From Hyaloraphidium curvatum SAG 235-1 (lineage: Eukaryota; Fungi; Monoblepharomycota), in assembly GCA_025558095.1 (NCBI GenBank), contig JAIVFI010000023.1:310001-374000 (forward strand): a DNA stretch of 64,000 nucleotides. The letters are read 5' to 3'. The notes under the pieces are model-generated. The model was not told where the DNA came from. It searched no databases and saw nothing but the letters and a program-made list of their open reading frames with translations. How positions within the stretch are numbered: position 1 is the stretch's first letter; each line of letters starts with the position of its first letter. Below, piece by piece: positions 45,242-55,353 of this stretch. The position numbers were made by a program, and so were the translations under genes.

Positions 45242-45889
45242 ATGTTCCGCGGGATGCGCGGCAGGGCGGCGGGCGGGCGGGGTTCGATCCGGTGGGCGCC
45301 GGTGCCCATCTCGATGCCTGCCGGCGCCGCCGCCGGGCTGCGCGCCTACTCGACCTCGCGCATTTCCGGCCCGGACGACCCCGCCGAGCCCACCCTGACG
45401 CACCTCACCGCCTCGGGCGAGGTGCACATGGTCGACGTCTCGGCCAAACCCGCCACCGTGCGCCGCGCCGTCGCCCGCTGCCGCATCCTGCTCTCCCCCG
45501 CCGCCCACGCGCTCGTGAAATCGGGCAACGCCAAGAAGGGCGACGTGGTGGCGGTCGCCAAGATCGCGGGGATCATGGCCGCCAAGCGCACCTGGGACGC
45601 GATCCCGCTGTGCCACCCGATCGAGGGGCTGGGCAAGGTGGACGTGGCGATCGATCTGGACCCCCCGGCGGGCGGAGCGAGGGCCGACGGCAGGATGCCG
45701 GTGCAGATCGAGGCCGGCGTGCGGTGCCGCGGGCCCACGGGCGTGGAGATGGAGGCACTGCACGCGTGCAGCGTGGCCGCGCTGACCGTGTACGACATGT
45801 GCAAGGCGGCAGACAGGGGGATGGTGATCGAGGGGTTGAGGGTCGTGGAGAAGGGCGGGGGCAGGAGCGGGGATTGGAGGGAGGAGTGA
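45242..45889 (+). CDS. MOCS1B: Cyclic pyranopterin monophosphate synthase MoaC/MOCS1B (own ATG at 45242, or fused to MoaA by splicing)
   Basis: [61 protein letters not shown] and KGGGRSG. Confidence 0.95.
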   Translation: MFRGMRGRAAGGRGSIRWAPVPISMPAGAAAGLRAYSTSRISGPDDPAEPTLTHLTASGEVHMVDVSAKPATVRRAVARCRILLSPAAHALVKSGNAKKGDVVAVAKIAGIMAAKRTWDAIPLCHPIEGLGKVDVAIDLDPPAGGARADGRMPVQIEAGVRCRGPTGVEMEALHACSVAALTVYDMCKAADRGMVIEGLRVVEKGGGRSGDWREE

Positions 45890-46359
45890 GGGTTTGTTGC
45901 GGGAAGGCCGTCCCGCGAAGTCGGGGCAATCGAGGTCGCCGCGGCCTGCCTGATCGTCCGGGTATTGTTCTGTCGTTCCACGTCCGCGTGGAAGTGCGGA
46001 TGGTCCTCTCGGGAACTCGCAGCTGAGTGATTGGTTTCACACCGCAACGGAGTTGACATGTAGACGCCCCAACTGCTCAGATCCGCCGAAGTGTCCAAGC
46101 CCCGGTCCAGACTTCGCATCCGGCTTTCAAAACGCTCGACGATCGGTCAGATTTCGGAACTGGATTGCAGCCGCAGCGATCAAGTGAGGATGTCGGTTGA
46201 GACGCTCAGCCAGGTCGTGGCAGTGCGCGAGTTCGCTCCAGTTAGAGGACCCGCTTTGAGAGGACGACGTCTCGCCATCCAACGGCAGCGCGCCATCTGC
46301 TGCCGTAGCGTTGCCCGTTACAGCCAGCGGGCTCAAATTCGGCTAGCATGGGTTCGTAG

Positions 46360-49230
46360 GCTCGCGTCGCCTCCCCCCGGGCAGCAACTGACCGCACTGG
46401 GCGCTCAGCGACCTCCGCTGCCGGCACGCCGTCTCGGCTACAGACCAGCGACCAGTTGCTTCCTACCATAAGCGATGCTGCGCGAGACACGAGCGGACCG
46501 CCGTCCCCCAGCGATTCGCAAGGCGGAGGTCAGTGCGCGGGCAGACCTGCCTTGCCCGCGAGCCTAACGGAGACCGCATCCAGATGCCTTCATCCAGGCG
46601 GACGGCGACACCCAATTCGTCACAGAAGAGCTCTGTGTGGAACGTGGCTTCGAAGTCATACTGGACCTCTCCTCGATGCCGCGCGGGGAGTTCGTTCTGC
46701 CCGTGCTCAAGGACTACTTCACCAAAGCACGCACTGTTCTCAACGACCCACGCTGCCCTACCAGGCCCGGCGGCATCCAGGAGGTCATCGAAAAGCTGGG
46801 CATCCCTGAGGGCTTCGCCAAGCAGCTCTCGCGATACGAACGACGCGAGCTAAGCAACATTCCCCGCGGCTCGCAAAAGTTCGCACTGTTCCGGTGCTTG
46901 GCCGAGGGCCACATCACGCTGGCCAAAATCTACGACCGACTTGACAAAGGCTCCGGATGCGCGGGCTGTGCTGGCAAGGCGCATGCAATCGGCCGGCGGT
47001 TCCAAGACCCAACGTACATTACGCCCGCGATGTTCGAAAGGTCCGGGCTCGAGGTCATTCAGACGCTTTGGCCAGCTCCCGAGGGCGAGTTCGTGGACAA
47101 CCGCTTGGCAAGCCATCTCAAGGTTGCTCACGAGCTCATGTCTCGGAAGCTTTACGGGAAGCGAAACTCAAAGGCACTGCAGAGGAAGCTCGAGGACCTC
47201 GGCGTGCCGGGAGATCTTGCCGCGAAGCTATCGAAGTTCGAGACCAAGGCGTTGAGCCAGGTCACAACCGGAAGCAACAACTTCGTGCTTATGCGGTGCA
47301 AGCGTGCGCAGCACATCACGATCTGCAAAATCAACGACAAGACGACGAAACGGATGGGATGCGGAGGCTGCTCCAATGTCAGCGGCGTGATCGCGTCTGG
47401 AGGTGCTTCGCGCAAGAAGAAGATTCCCATCGATTTGAAGGATTTGGAAAGTCGCGGACTGGAGCTCATCTTGGACCTTGCGACTCCTTTGTCGAAGAAG
47501 GACTTTGCCGATCCCATGCTGCACCAGTACCTTGAGCTTGCAGACGGTGTTTTGAGCGACCCCAAGTTCATCTCCTTGAAGCGCCGCGAGGAGCGCTTGC
47601 TGGAGCTTGGCGTTCCTAAACGCTATGCTTACCAGCTTGGCAATTTCGAAACTCGGCAGGTGCGTGCTCGCATAAACGTGCTCGACGGAACCTAACGATA
47701 GTCGATGATTGAACCAGATCGAGAATGTCTCGGCGGGCACCGATCGCTTTGCCCTCTTTCGGTGCAAGGATCACGGCCACATCACCCTGAGCAAGATCTA
47801 CGACAAGTTCCGCAAGAGGGCTGGCTGCGCTGGTTGTGATCCGCGGTTTGCGCGGGATGTGACCGAAGGTGAGGTTCCGAGACCGAGTTCAATTCAACCT
47901 CTGAAGTTCCTTCTAGATGCCGAGTCTATCCGTCAGGATCAGCACACACAGGGTAGCGACAATGAGATGGACGCAGATGATGAGCAGGACAATGGGATCG
48001 TTGGGGAAGCGGATGCTCCGAAGGATGGAACAGAGCAAGAAGTGGGTGCCTGGGGATGCGGATTGCAAAGACACGCTTACGCTGACGATTGGTTCACGTA
48101 GATGAACATCGACGAGCAAAGGATGCCATCGCTGAAGCAATTACAGGAGGAGTTGGATCAGATAATCAAGCGTAAATCGGAGCTCGAGCACGAGATCGCA
48201 AAAATCGCACCGGCCAGTGACGGCATCGTCATTGAGTCGGACACCGAAGATGTGTTTGATTGGAGTCTTGAGAAGAAGGAAGCGGAGCTACGTGAGCAAG
48301 ATGGTGGCCCCGCCGACGACAACGTGGGTTTTTGGCACATGCCTTGCTTCAATGCACTCAACCTTTGATATCCAGAGCCTGGACGAGGTGCAGATCATTC
48401 AAATCCGCCTCGCATGTGAGCTTGCCGAGACGCAGCGTTTGGAGAACCTGCAGAAGGAGCTGAAGGACGATGCCATTGAAATCGACTCGGAAGCCGAGGA
48501 CCTGGTCGACTACGACATTGCCTGGGTCAAAACGGAGCCTCAGGAGCAACCACCTGCGGGAGTGGTGCCTGGCCAAGGCACGGCGTTCTTCCTGATCCCC
48601 GGCCTTCCGGACCGCACGCCTATCGCATTCCAGCAGATTCTGGAACTGAACGACAAAGTCGCTTCCGAGTGCGCCAAATGGCTCCAAGAGAATCCGGATG
48701 TAGAGAAAGGCTGCCAACACTTCTACATGGAGTGCTTCCAGCAGTTCCACGATCGTGGCCAGCTGCTGATTTACAAGGAGCCTAGCTTTGCGAAGCCCTT
48801 TCTTGACGGCACCCCATTCAAGAATGCGTTTTTCCGAATGGACATAGCCATCTGCACCGCCGACAAACGCAGTTTCGTGCACAATGAGTTCAAGGTTCAC
48901 GACACGCAGAGCCGAGTTGAACCACCAGTCAAGTTCAAACGCTATTACGACATCTTTCCCAATCGCATCAAGGCAGCCCATCGCTTTGGGTTCTCACCTA
49001 GCGAGTGGCTGGGTGGCAAGAGCTACAAGGTACTCAGCCTCAAGTTCCCCGAAATGCATGTTCCTGTGCGTCCGAACCCCGACGGTTGCGTGGACACGGG
49101 GATGTGGGATGAGGTGGAGGGGCGCCTCTTTTCGTTCCCCCAACTTCGCGTCGGGCGAATGTGGCGCAAGGCGGTGAAGCTGGACAAGGAAACGGAGCAG
49201 GTCGTGGAGTTGGATGACGTGGAGAACTGA
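46360..49230 (+). CDS. Multi-exon protein with three treble-clef zinc-ribbon (DUF4379-like) repeats, an acidic coiled-coil linker and a C-terminal PD-(D/E)XK nuclease-like domain; 5' end uncertain
   Basis: Repeats FRCLAEGHITLAKIYDRLDKGSGCAGC, MRCKRAQHITICKINDKTTKRMGCGGC and FRCKDHGHITLSKIYDKFRKRAGCAGC. C-terminal KE...RMDIAIC...VHNEFK. Frame-preserving introns at 46529-46583, 47660-47717, 47869-47916, 48042-48101 and 48324-48375. Confidence 0.75.
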
Positions 49231-49432
49231 ATTGAATGAGGACAATGGAGTCGATGGAGGAGCGTTTCGTGGGACAGCAATCACTGTGTACCATCAATCC
49301 ATGCATGACATCATTTCATCTCGCTGCTGGCTTTCCGATCTTCAGTCGATGTTGGGTAAAGGTGTCGATCATCCGAACAACGCCCGGGCGTCGCCGGCAC
49401 GTGGCTCGCAATCGATCTAGCGCCTTTCCGTG

Positions 49433-50089
49433 TCAGCCAACTCGCTGTCGCCATCGTGCGTCCCTTAATTGGCCTGCATCGGCAGCGGGGTGAGTTCGCA
49501 CTCCGAAGGCGATCGCCAGCAGCTGGCATACCGATCCCGACCCGTCCTCCATCCCGCACACGGCCTTGTGCTTCCGCCAGTCGGCCCTCTGGCAGTCCAC
49601 GTTGCAGTACGAAACGTGCAGGCACTTGGAGCACCTCTTGTAAGGAGCCTTGCCTTTCCTGGGCACCTTACCACAGGTGGCGCAGGGATCGGAAGACCGA
49701 ACGGCGGGCTCTCGATCATCGGACTTGGAGGAGTCCTCGAAAGCGTCCATCCTGCGCTGGGCTTCGCGGTAGCAAGGGTGCTTTTCGTCCATGTCGCACG
49801 CGGCGATTTGGTGCTGCTGCCAGACCGTCCCGCCGTCTTGGTTCAGTCCCGAGCTCGAGTACGCCAGCACGCCCTCTGCCGGCTTGCCACAGTTGCAGCA
49901 CAGAAGGTCTCCTCGCGGAAGCAGCCGCTCTATGTTGTCGGCGCCGCGGAGTAGGTCGTAGAAGAGATCGGTGAGCTGGTCTTCCTTGGGCCGCCCGTCC
50001 GGTAAATGGTGGCGCGGCGGGAGAGCGTGGAACCGTCCACTGGGCAGAGAGATGTAGAATGCCACGATAACCGCCCCCGGGTTTGCCAT
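49433..50089 (-). CDS. MYND zinc-finger protein (3' end may be spliced)
   Basis: CATCGK...YKRCSKCLHVSYCNVDCQRADWRKHKAVC, plus an upstream CCNC...C...C cluster. Confidence 0.8.
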   Translation of the reverse strand: MANPGAVIVAFYISLPSGRFHALPPRHHLPDGRPKEDQLTDLFYDLLRGADNIERLLPRGDLLCCNCGKPAEGVLAYSSSGLNQDGGTVWQQHQIAACDMDEKHPCYREAQRRMDAFEDSSKSDDREPAVRSSDPCATCGKVPRKGKAPYKRCSKCLHVSYCNVDCQRADWRKHKAVCGMEDGSGSVCQLLAIAFGVRTHPAADAGQLRDARWRQRVG

Positions 50090-50218
50090 GCTAAGTGGAC
50101 CTCCAGGTCGAACGACCAATGAGTATGCGCGTGACGCACGTGGCCGCCGAGAGCCGATTTCAAACAAAAACACACCAGCGTCTCTCGGAAGCTTGGGCAG
50201 CCCTTGGGGACTGCAAAG

Positions 50219-52957
50219 ATGGCGACCGACGAGACGGAACGGCTTCTCATTGATGAGCCCGAGCTCGCGGAAACGCACTACCGCACGGGCCTCTCGACGG
50301 AACAGGTGGAAGCTCGTCTCGGGACTTTCGGGCCCAACGCGGTCGACGAGTCGCGGAACGGGCCCAAAATCCTCGATGTGGTCTGGGAGGAGGTCCGCGA
50401 GCCCATGATCCTGCTGCTACTCGTTGTCGCTGTCGTGTATTCCGCTCTCGGGACTCCCCTGGACGCGTTGACCATTTTCGCGACCGTGGCGCTCGTCGTG
50501 GCGGTTGAAGTCCGGACGGAATACGCGGCAAAGACCGCTATTCGCCGCCTGACAAACACGATTTCGTACTCGTACGGCGTGCTTCGGGATTCCGTGAGGC
50601 AGTACGTTCCGGGCAGGGACCTGGTTCCGGGGGACATTCTCTTTCTCATGCGCGGCCAGCGCGTTCCCTGCGACGGAATGGTGCTCGTTGCGCTCAATTT
50701 CGCTGTCGACGAATCCGTCATCACGGGCGAGAGTGTGCCGGCGGCAAAGTCGGCTGCGGGAGCCTTGCCGTCAGCTTCCGCTGACAGCGCCGTGCCGGCG
50801 GACGAGGTTCTTGCATCGACCCTCGTCGCAGCCGGATCGGCGACCGTCCTCGTTCAGCGGACGGGGGCATCGACGCGCCAGCATGCAGACAAGATCAAGA
50901 TGAAGAAGATCAAGCAGCCGAAGACCGACCTTCAGAAGCTGATGAAAGGCCTTGCGTTCCAGCTTTCGATCGTCGCTGCGGGCGTGTCGGTCGGCGTTGC
51001 GCTGCTGGTCTACTTCATTGGCGGCCGTAACCCGAAGGATGCCGTTCTGACGGGCCTGGCGCTTGCGTTTGCAACCATTCCCGAGGAGCTCCCGCTCATC
51101 GTCAAGGCGGTGCTTGCCATAGGCGCTTTTGGCCTGTCGAAACGGCGCGTGCTGGTGCGCCGCCTCCGTGCCGCCGAAGCGCTGGGCTCCGTGGACACTA
51201 TCGTGACGGACAAGACCGGCACGCTGACGGAAAACCGCTTGACGGTACAGGAGCTGCTGGTTCCGAAAGGTTCCGACGTTGTCGCGGTTGGCTCCCAGGA
51301 CGGCGCCAGTGCAAAGGACCTTGTCACGGCCTGGGCTCTGACGTGCGATCTGGCGTCCTCGAACGAGTCGGACGTGCCGATGCCGCTGCTTCCCGACACT
51401 TTCGACGAAGCAATCAAATCGCACCTGCATTTGGAGGACGGATTCGGTGCCACGGATCTCGGACGGGCGGCGCTGCAATCCAATTCGGGATTCCCGAATG
51501 TCGTGGACTACGCGTCGTTTTCCGCAGCGACCAGGACTTCTTCGGTGCTGCGGTCCAGCACGGATGGGGCGGAGCTCGTGCAGGTGGTAAAGGGCGCGCA
51601 CGAGAGCGTGCTCGAGGCTTGCGTCGGCGCAGGTTCCTTGGATCCGGCGACTGCGGCCGCGTTGGGCGCCGCGCTCGACGGGAAGACCTCGTCTGGAAGG
51701 CTCATCTGCTATGGGATCCGGCGATATGCCTCTTCGGCCAGCAAGGACGCTCGGGAGAAGGTTCCGTACCGATTTGCGGGCGCCGTCCGTTTCGAGGACC
51801 CTGTTTTGCACGACGCGGCGGCCTCGATCGGCGTCTTGCGGCGCGCGGGATACAGGGTCTTGATGGCGACTGGCGACAGCATCGGCACGGCGACGGCGGT
51901 CGCCCACGCTGTCGGCATACACCGCGGCGGACGCACAGTGACTGGCAGCCAGCTCGCCGCACTCGGTGAGAACGATTGGGACGAAGTCGAAGTGGCAGCG
52001 AGGCTGCGTCCCGAGGACAAGCTCGACATCGTGCGCGAGCTCCAGGATCGCGGTCACCGCGTTCTCATGGTCGGGGACGGCGACAACGACGCCATGTCGC
52101 TCGCCGCCGCGGATGCCGGGGTCTGCATCGCCGGTTGGTCCAACAAGTCGGACACGGCGATGGATGCGGCGTCTGTGGTCCTGCTGGCCGCGGATCCGGC
52201 CGATGTCGGTGTGCCGACCGGGATTTCGCTGCTGCTGCCGGCGATACGGGAAGGCAAGCGCGCCAGGGCGAACGTGGCAAAGACGGTGATCTTCTACCTG
52301 GCCTGCAAGCTGTCGCTGGTGATGCTTTTCATCGTCGCTCTCGCCGTTTCGGGCACCGTGCCCCTGAACCCGATCCAGGTGATCGTTCTCGAAGCCCTCA
52401 TGGATCTCGGGGCGGGATCCACCTTCACTTTTGAGCCCGTCGAGGGCGACCCGCTCGCACCGCGCTCGCGCCCCTCCGCGGCCTCCCCGATCTTCAACAG
52501 GGCGGCCTACGTCCACATCGTCGTCGGCGGCCTGCTCCTCTTCATCAGCGTGGGCGGCACCTTTGGCCTGGCCAAGGAGCTGTACCCGGATTCGCCCTGC
52601 ATGCACGTCTCGGCGTCGTTCGTCGCTTGGCTCGCCGGACACGTGTTCTGGGGACTATCGTGCCGCACGACGGTCCGCCCGATCCTGATCAAGACCGGGA
52701 TCTTCAGCAACCCCGCCTTCCTGGTCTGGGCCGCCGTGGTACTGATTCTGGGTCTGGTCTCGTTCGGGGTGCCCATCGTGCGGACGCAGCTGGGCCTGTG
52801 CGAGCTGCCGTGGGAGATTGCGAGCTCGGCCGTCGCCTCCGGGTTCGTCTTTTGCTTCGTCAAGTGGGAGGTGCTCAAGTGGCTCCACGTCCTGGTGGCG
52901 CACGTGGTCCGCAGCAGGGAGAAGCGGGAGAACGGGACGGAGAGCGGGGCTGCATAG
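50219..52957 (+). CDS. P-type cation-transporting ATPase (type II-like, prokaryote-style), intronless
   Basis: GLSTEQVEARLGTFGPN, DESVITGES, M4 motif IPEELP, phosphorylation site DKTGTLT, KGAHE, MATGD, PEDK, MVGDGDND, and about 10 TM segments. Confidence 0.93.
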   Translation: MATDETERLLIDEPELAETHYRTGLSTEQVEARLGTFGPNAVDESRNGPKILDVVWEEVREPMILLLLVVAVVYSALGTPLDALTIFATVALVVAVEVRTEYAAKTAIRRLTNTISYSYGVLRDSVRQYVPGRDLVPGDILFLMRGQRVPCDGMVLVALNFAVDESVITGESVPAAKSAAGALPSASADSAVPADEVLASTLVAAGSATVLVQRTGASTRQHADKIKMKKIKQPKTDLQKLMKGLAFQLSIVAAGVSVGVALLVYFIGGRNPKDAVLTGLALAFATIPEELPLIVKAVLAIGAFGLSKRRVLVRRLRAAEALGSVDTIVTDKTGTLTENRLTVQELLVPKGSDVVAVGSQDGASAKDLVTAWALTCDLASSNESDVPMPLLPDTFDEAIKSHLHLEDGFGATDLGRAALQSNSGFPNVVDYASFSAATRTSSVLRSSTDGAELVQVVKGAHESVLEACVGAGSLDPATAAALGAALDGKTSSGRLICYGIRRYASSASKDAREKVPYRFAGAVRFEDPVLHDAAASIGVLRRAGYRVLMATGDSIGTATAVAHAVGIHRGGRTVTGSQLAALGENDWDEVEVAARLRPEDKLDIVRELQDRGHRVLMVGDGDNDAMSLAAADAGVCIAGWSNKSDTAMDAASVVLLAADPADVGVPTGISLLLPAIREGKRARANVAKTVIFYLACKLSLVMLFIVALAVSGTVPLNPIQVIVLEALMDLGAGSTFTFEPVEGDPLAPRSRPSAASPIFNRAAYVHIVVGGLLLFISVGGTFGLAKELYPDSPCMHVSASFVAWLAGHVFWGLSCRTTVRPILIKTGIFSNPAFLVWAAVVLILGLVSFGVPIVRTQLGLCELPWEIASSAVASGFVFCFVKWEVLKWLHVLVAHVVRSREKRENGTESGAA

Positions 52958-53014
52958 TCTCTAGAGCGAGAGATAGACAGAGAACACGCCCTCGGCCGGC
53001 TCAGGCAGAGAGGA

Positions 53015-53605
53015 TCACGGCTTCCCATTTGCCGGCCCCGCCTCCGCCATCGCAACGTCGCCCTCGGCCACATCCTCGTCGGCAGCGTCCTCCTCGGATT
53101 CCTTAACGCCCCCGGCAGTGGCATCGCCCTCGTCGTTCGCCGCACCGTACTGCACGAGCAGCGTCGCCACCGCCTCGAGCCCCATCGACTCGGCCTCGTA
53201 CAGCGGATCCCTCCTGGCATTGTTGAGCACCTTCGGGTTCGCGCCAGCCTTGAGAAGCGCCTCCACGGCCTCGAGGTGCCCGTTCAGGCTGGCCCAGTGC
53301 AAGGCGGTGTTTCCGCCCTCGTTGCGCGCGTCCAAGGCCGCCTTGGGCAGCACCTCGACGAGGTACCGGACCACCGGCACGTGTCCATTGGCGCAGGCCA
53401 TGTGCAGCGCGGCGGAGCCGCCGTGGAGCGAGGGGGAGGACAGGGCGAGGAGGGAGGCGGGGGGGGCGGGGTGCGAGGCTACCAGGGCGCGGAGCTCGTC
53501 GAGCTCGCCGTACCGCGCGCAGGCGAGGAGTTCCTCGAGGTCAAAGTCCGCGGTAGAGGGGCCATCGGAGGCCGGCAGCTCGGCAGCGCTGGGATCCGTC
53601 GACAT
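53015..53605 (-). CDS. YAR1: Ankyrin-repeat protein Yar1 (Rps3 chaperone-like)
   Basis: LLACARYGELDEL, ALHMACANGH, NEGGNTALHWASLNGH and an acidic tail. Confidence 0.82.
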   Translation of the reverse strand: MSTDPSAAELPASDGPSTADFDLEELLACARYGELDELRALVASHPAPPASLLALSSPSLHGGSAALHMACANGHVPVVRYLVEVLPKAALDARNEGGNTALHWASLNGHLEAVEALLKAGANPKVLNNARRDPLYEAESMGLEAVATLLVQYGAANDEGDATAGGVKESEEDAADEDVAEGDVAMAEAGPANGKP

Positions 53606-53707
53606 TTCTAGATTACAGGTTGGTTGTTTGGATGCTCAGTCATCAGTCGTCTCGCCAAGAGCAAAAAGCTCGTCGTGGGTATCGGTGGAAGATGCGCATG
53701 CGCATCC

Positions 53708-54346
53708 CTACGCCGCCTTCTTCGGCACGGCATCGACCGCGCGCTTCTGCAGCTCGAACTGGAGGTTCCCGTCGCGGTAGATGACGTGCGAGATCACCGT
53801 CCTCGACCCTTTCGACTCGATCAGCCTGTCCCGCAGCTCGTAGAGGTCCACGAACCGCCCGATCGACGCGGTAGAGTCCCTGCGCATGGCTTCCTTCTCG
53901 TCTTCGCCCAGGCCGGGGACCGCGCTGGCACGCGGTGCGGAGGCGTGAGAACGGCCCGCCGGCGACTTTCCCCGCGGGGCCCACCGGAAGCAGATCTCGA
54001 GGAACTCCACCGCCGTGTACTTTATCCGCACGTTCTCCTCCCCCTGCCCGCCGATCGCCAGCGTCTCCAGCATCCTAGCCACGCGCCGCTGCCAGTCCTT
54101 CCCCGCTCCGGTCCCCCTCGCCTGCGCCGCACCGCCGCCCGCCGCGCCCTCGGACTTGGCGAGCACTGAGAGGATCTCGGAGAGGCCGTGCTGGTACGAT
54201 TTCGGCGCGGGCTCGGGGTCCGGCTCGGCGCGCTCGGGCGCGGGGAGGGGGGGGGCTTTCGCGTTGCCCTGCGCGTCGGAGGGCGGTTCGGGGGACGCGG
54301 CGGCTTTGCGGGCCGTGACGCGCTTCTTGCTCTTGCGCTTGGTCAT
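53708..54346 (-). CDS. Hypothetical protein with a basic N-terminus
   Basis: ATG-initiated ORF starting MTKRKSKKR with coding-like bias. No family recognised. Confidence 0.55.
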   Translation of the reverse strand: MTKRKSKKRVTARKAAASPEPPSDAQGNAKAPPLPAPERAEPDPEPAPKSYQHGLSEILSVLAKSEGAAGGGAAQARGTGAGKDWQRRVARMLETLAIGGQGEENVRIKYTAVEFLEICFRWAPRGKSPAGRSHASAPRASAVPGLGEDEKEAMRRDSTASIGRFVDLYELRDRLIESKGSRTVISHVIYRDGNLQFELQKRAVDAVPKKAA

Positions 54347-54558
54347 CGCGGCGTGGGGGTCCGGAGGGAAAGTCGCGAGGTCCGCGCGCCAACTCATCAC
54401 TCGACCTGCTCGACAGTCTGGTGTCACGAAACTACAAGCACAAGATCTGTCTCCGGAGGAGCACGGCGTCCGGGAAATGGACAGCTAGAATCGCACGGGA
54501 AGATCGGCAGGCCATGGCCGGCGAGACGCGACACAGTCCTCCACTCGCCCCCTACACC

Positions 54559-55267
54559 TCATTTTCTCCGCGCGGGCGCGGCCGCCTTCTTCCCCTTTCC
54601 CGGCCCGTTCTGCATCATCGCGCCCGCGTCGCCACCCCCGGCCATGCCCGCCAGCGACTTTAGCAGCGGGAGGCCGGACGTCGCCGCTGCGATCGGCCCG
54701 ACGTCAGCGGAACGGCCTGCCCCACGGAAGGCGCAAGGCCACCCACCCTTGTAGATCCCGTACAGCGGGATCAGCGAGTACGTCCACCAGAACCTGTCGC
54801 TGAATATCACCCCGACCGTGACAAAGACCCCTGGCGGTCCCGGGTCATTCCCAGTGTTTCCCAGGCGGCCGAAGAGACCCGCACCGATGTAGACCAGATC
54901 CAGCATGATCTGCACGATCATCCCGCTCCCCAGCAGGTCCTCTCCCCCGCTGACGATCTCCCCCCCCGCGCCGTAGGCGGGCGCGGCCATGGCGGCGAGC
55001 TGCCTGTACACGGCCACGCTCGCGGTCTGCGAGGACAGGTACCACACGAGGTCCGAGCGCGAGTAGGACGACCATTGCCAGAGCAGACGGAGGAGCAGGT
55101 ACAGGGCGTTTGCGGCGAGCAGGGCGAGGCGGAGGTAGCGTAGGAGCGACGCGTTGGACGCGACGACCTTCTTGTCCGCCGAGCGGGCCTGGGAGCGGGG
55201 GCCGGGGCAGGCACAGATGCAATTCAGGGCGCGATTGGAAAGCGGAACGGAGGCGCGGGCGCACCAT
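54559..55267 (-). CDS. SND2: SND2/TMEM208 (DUF788) membrane protein; the first coding exon is only the ATG
   Basis: M|ARSADKKVVASN, TM helices, IVSGGEDL, MLDLVY and FWWTYSLIPLYGIYK. Confidence 0.85.
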
Positions 55268-55353
55268 GGCGGGCGGTGAGGGGCGTGCGGTTGCGCGCTC
55301 GCGGAGTTCGGCACGCGCGCGGAGTCATCTCAACCGCCACACACCGCACGGCA

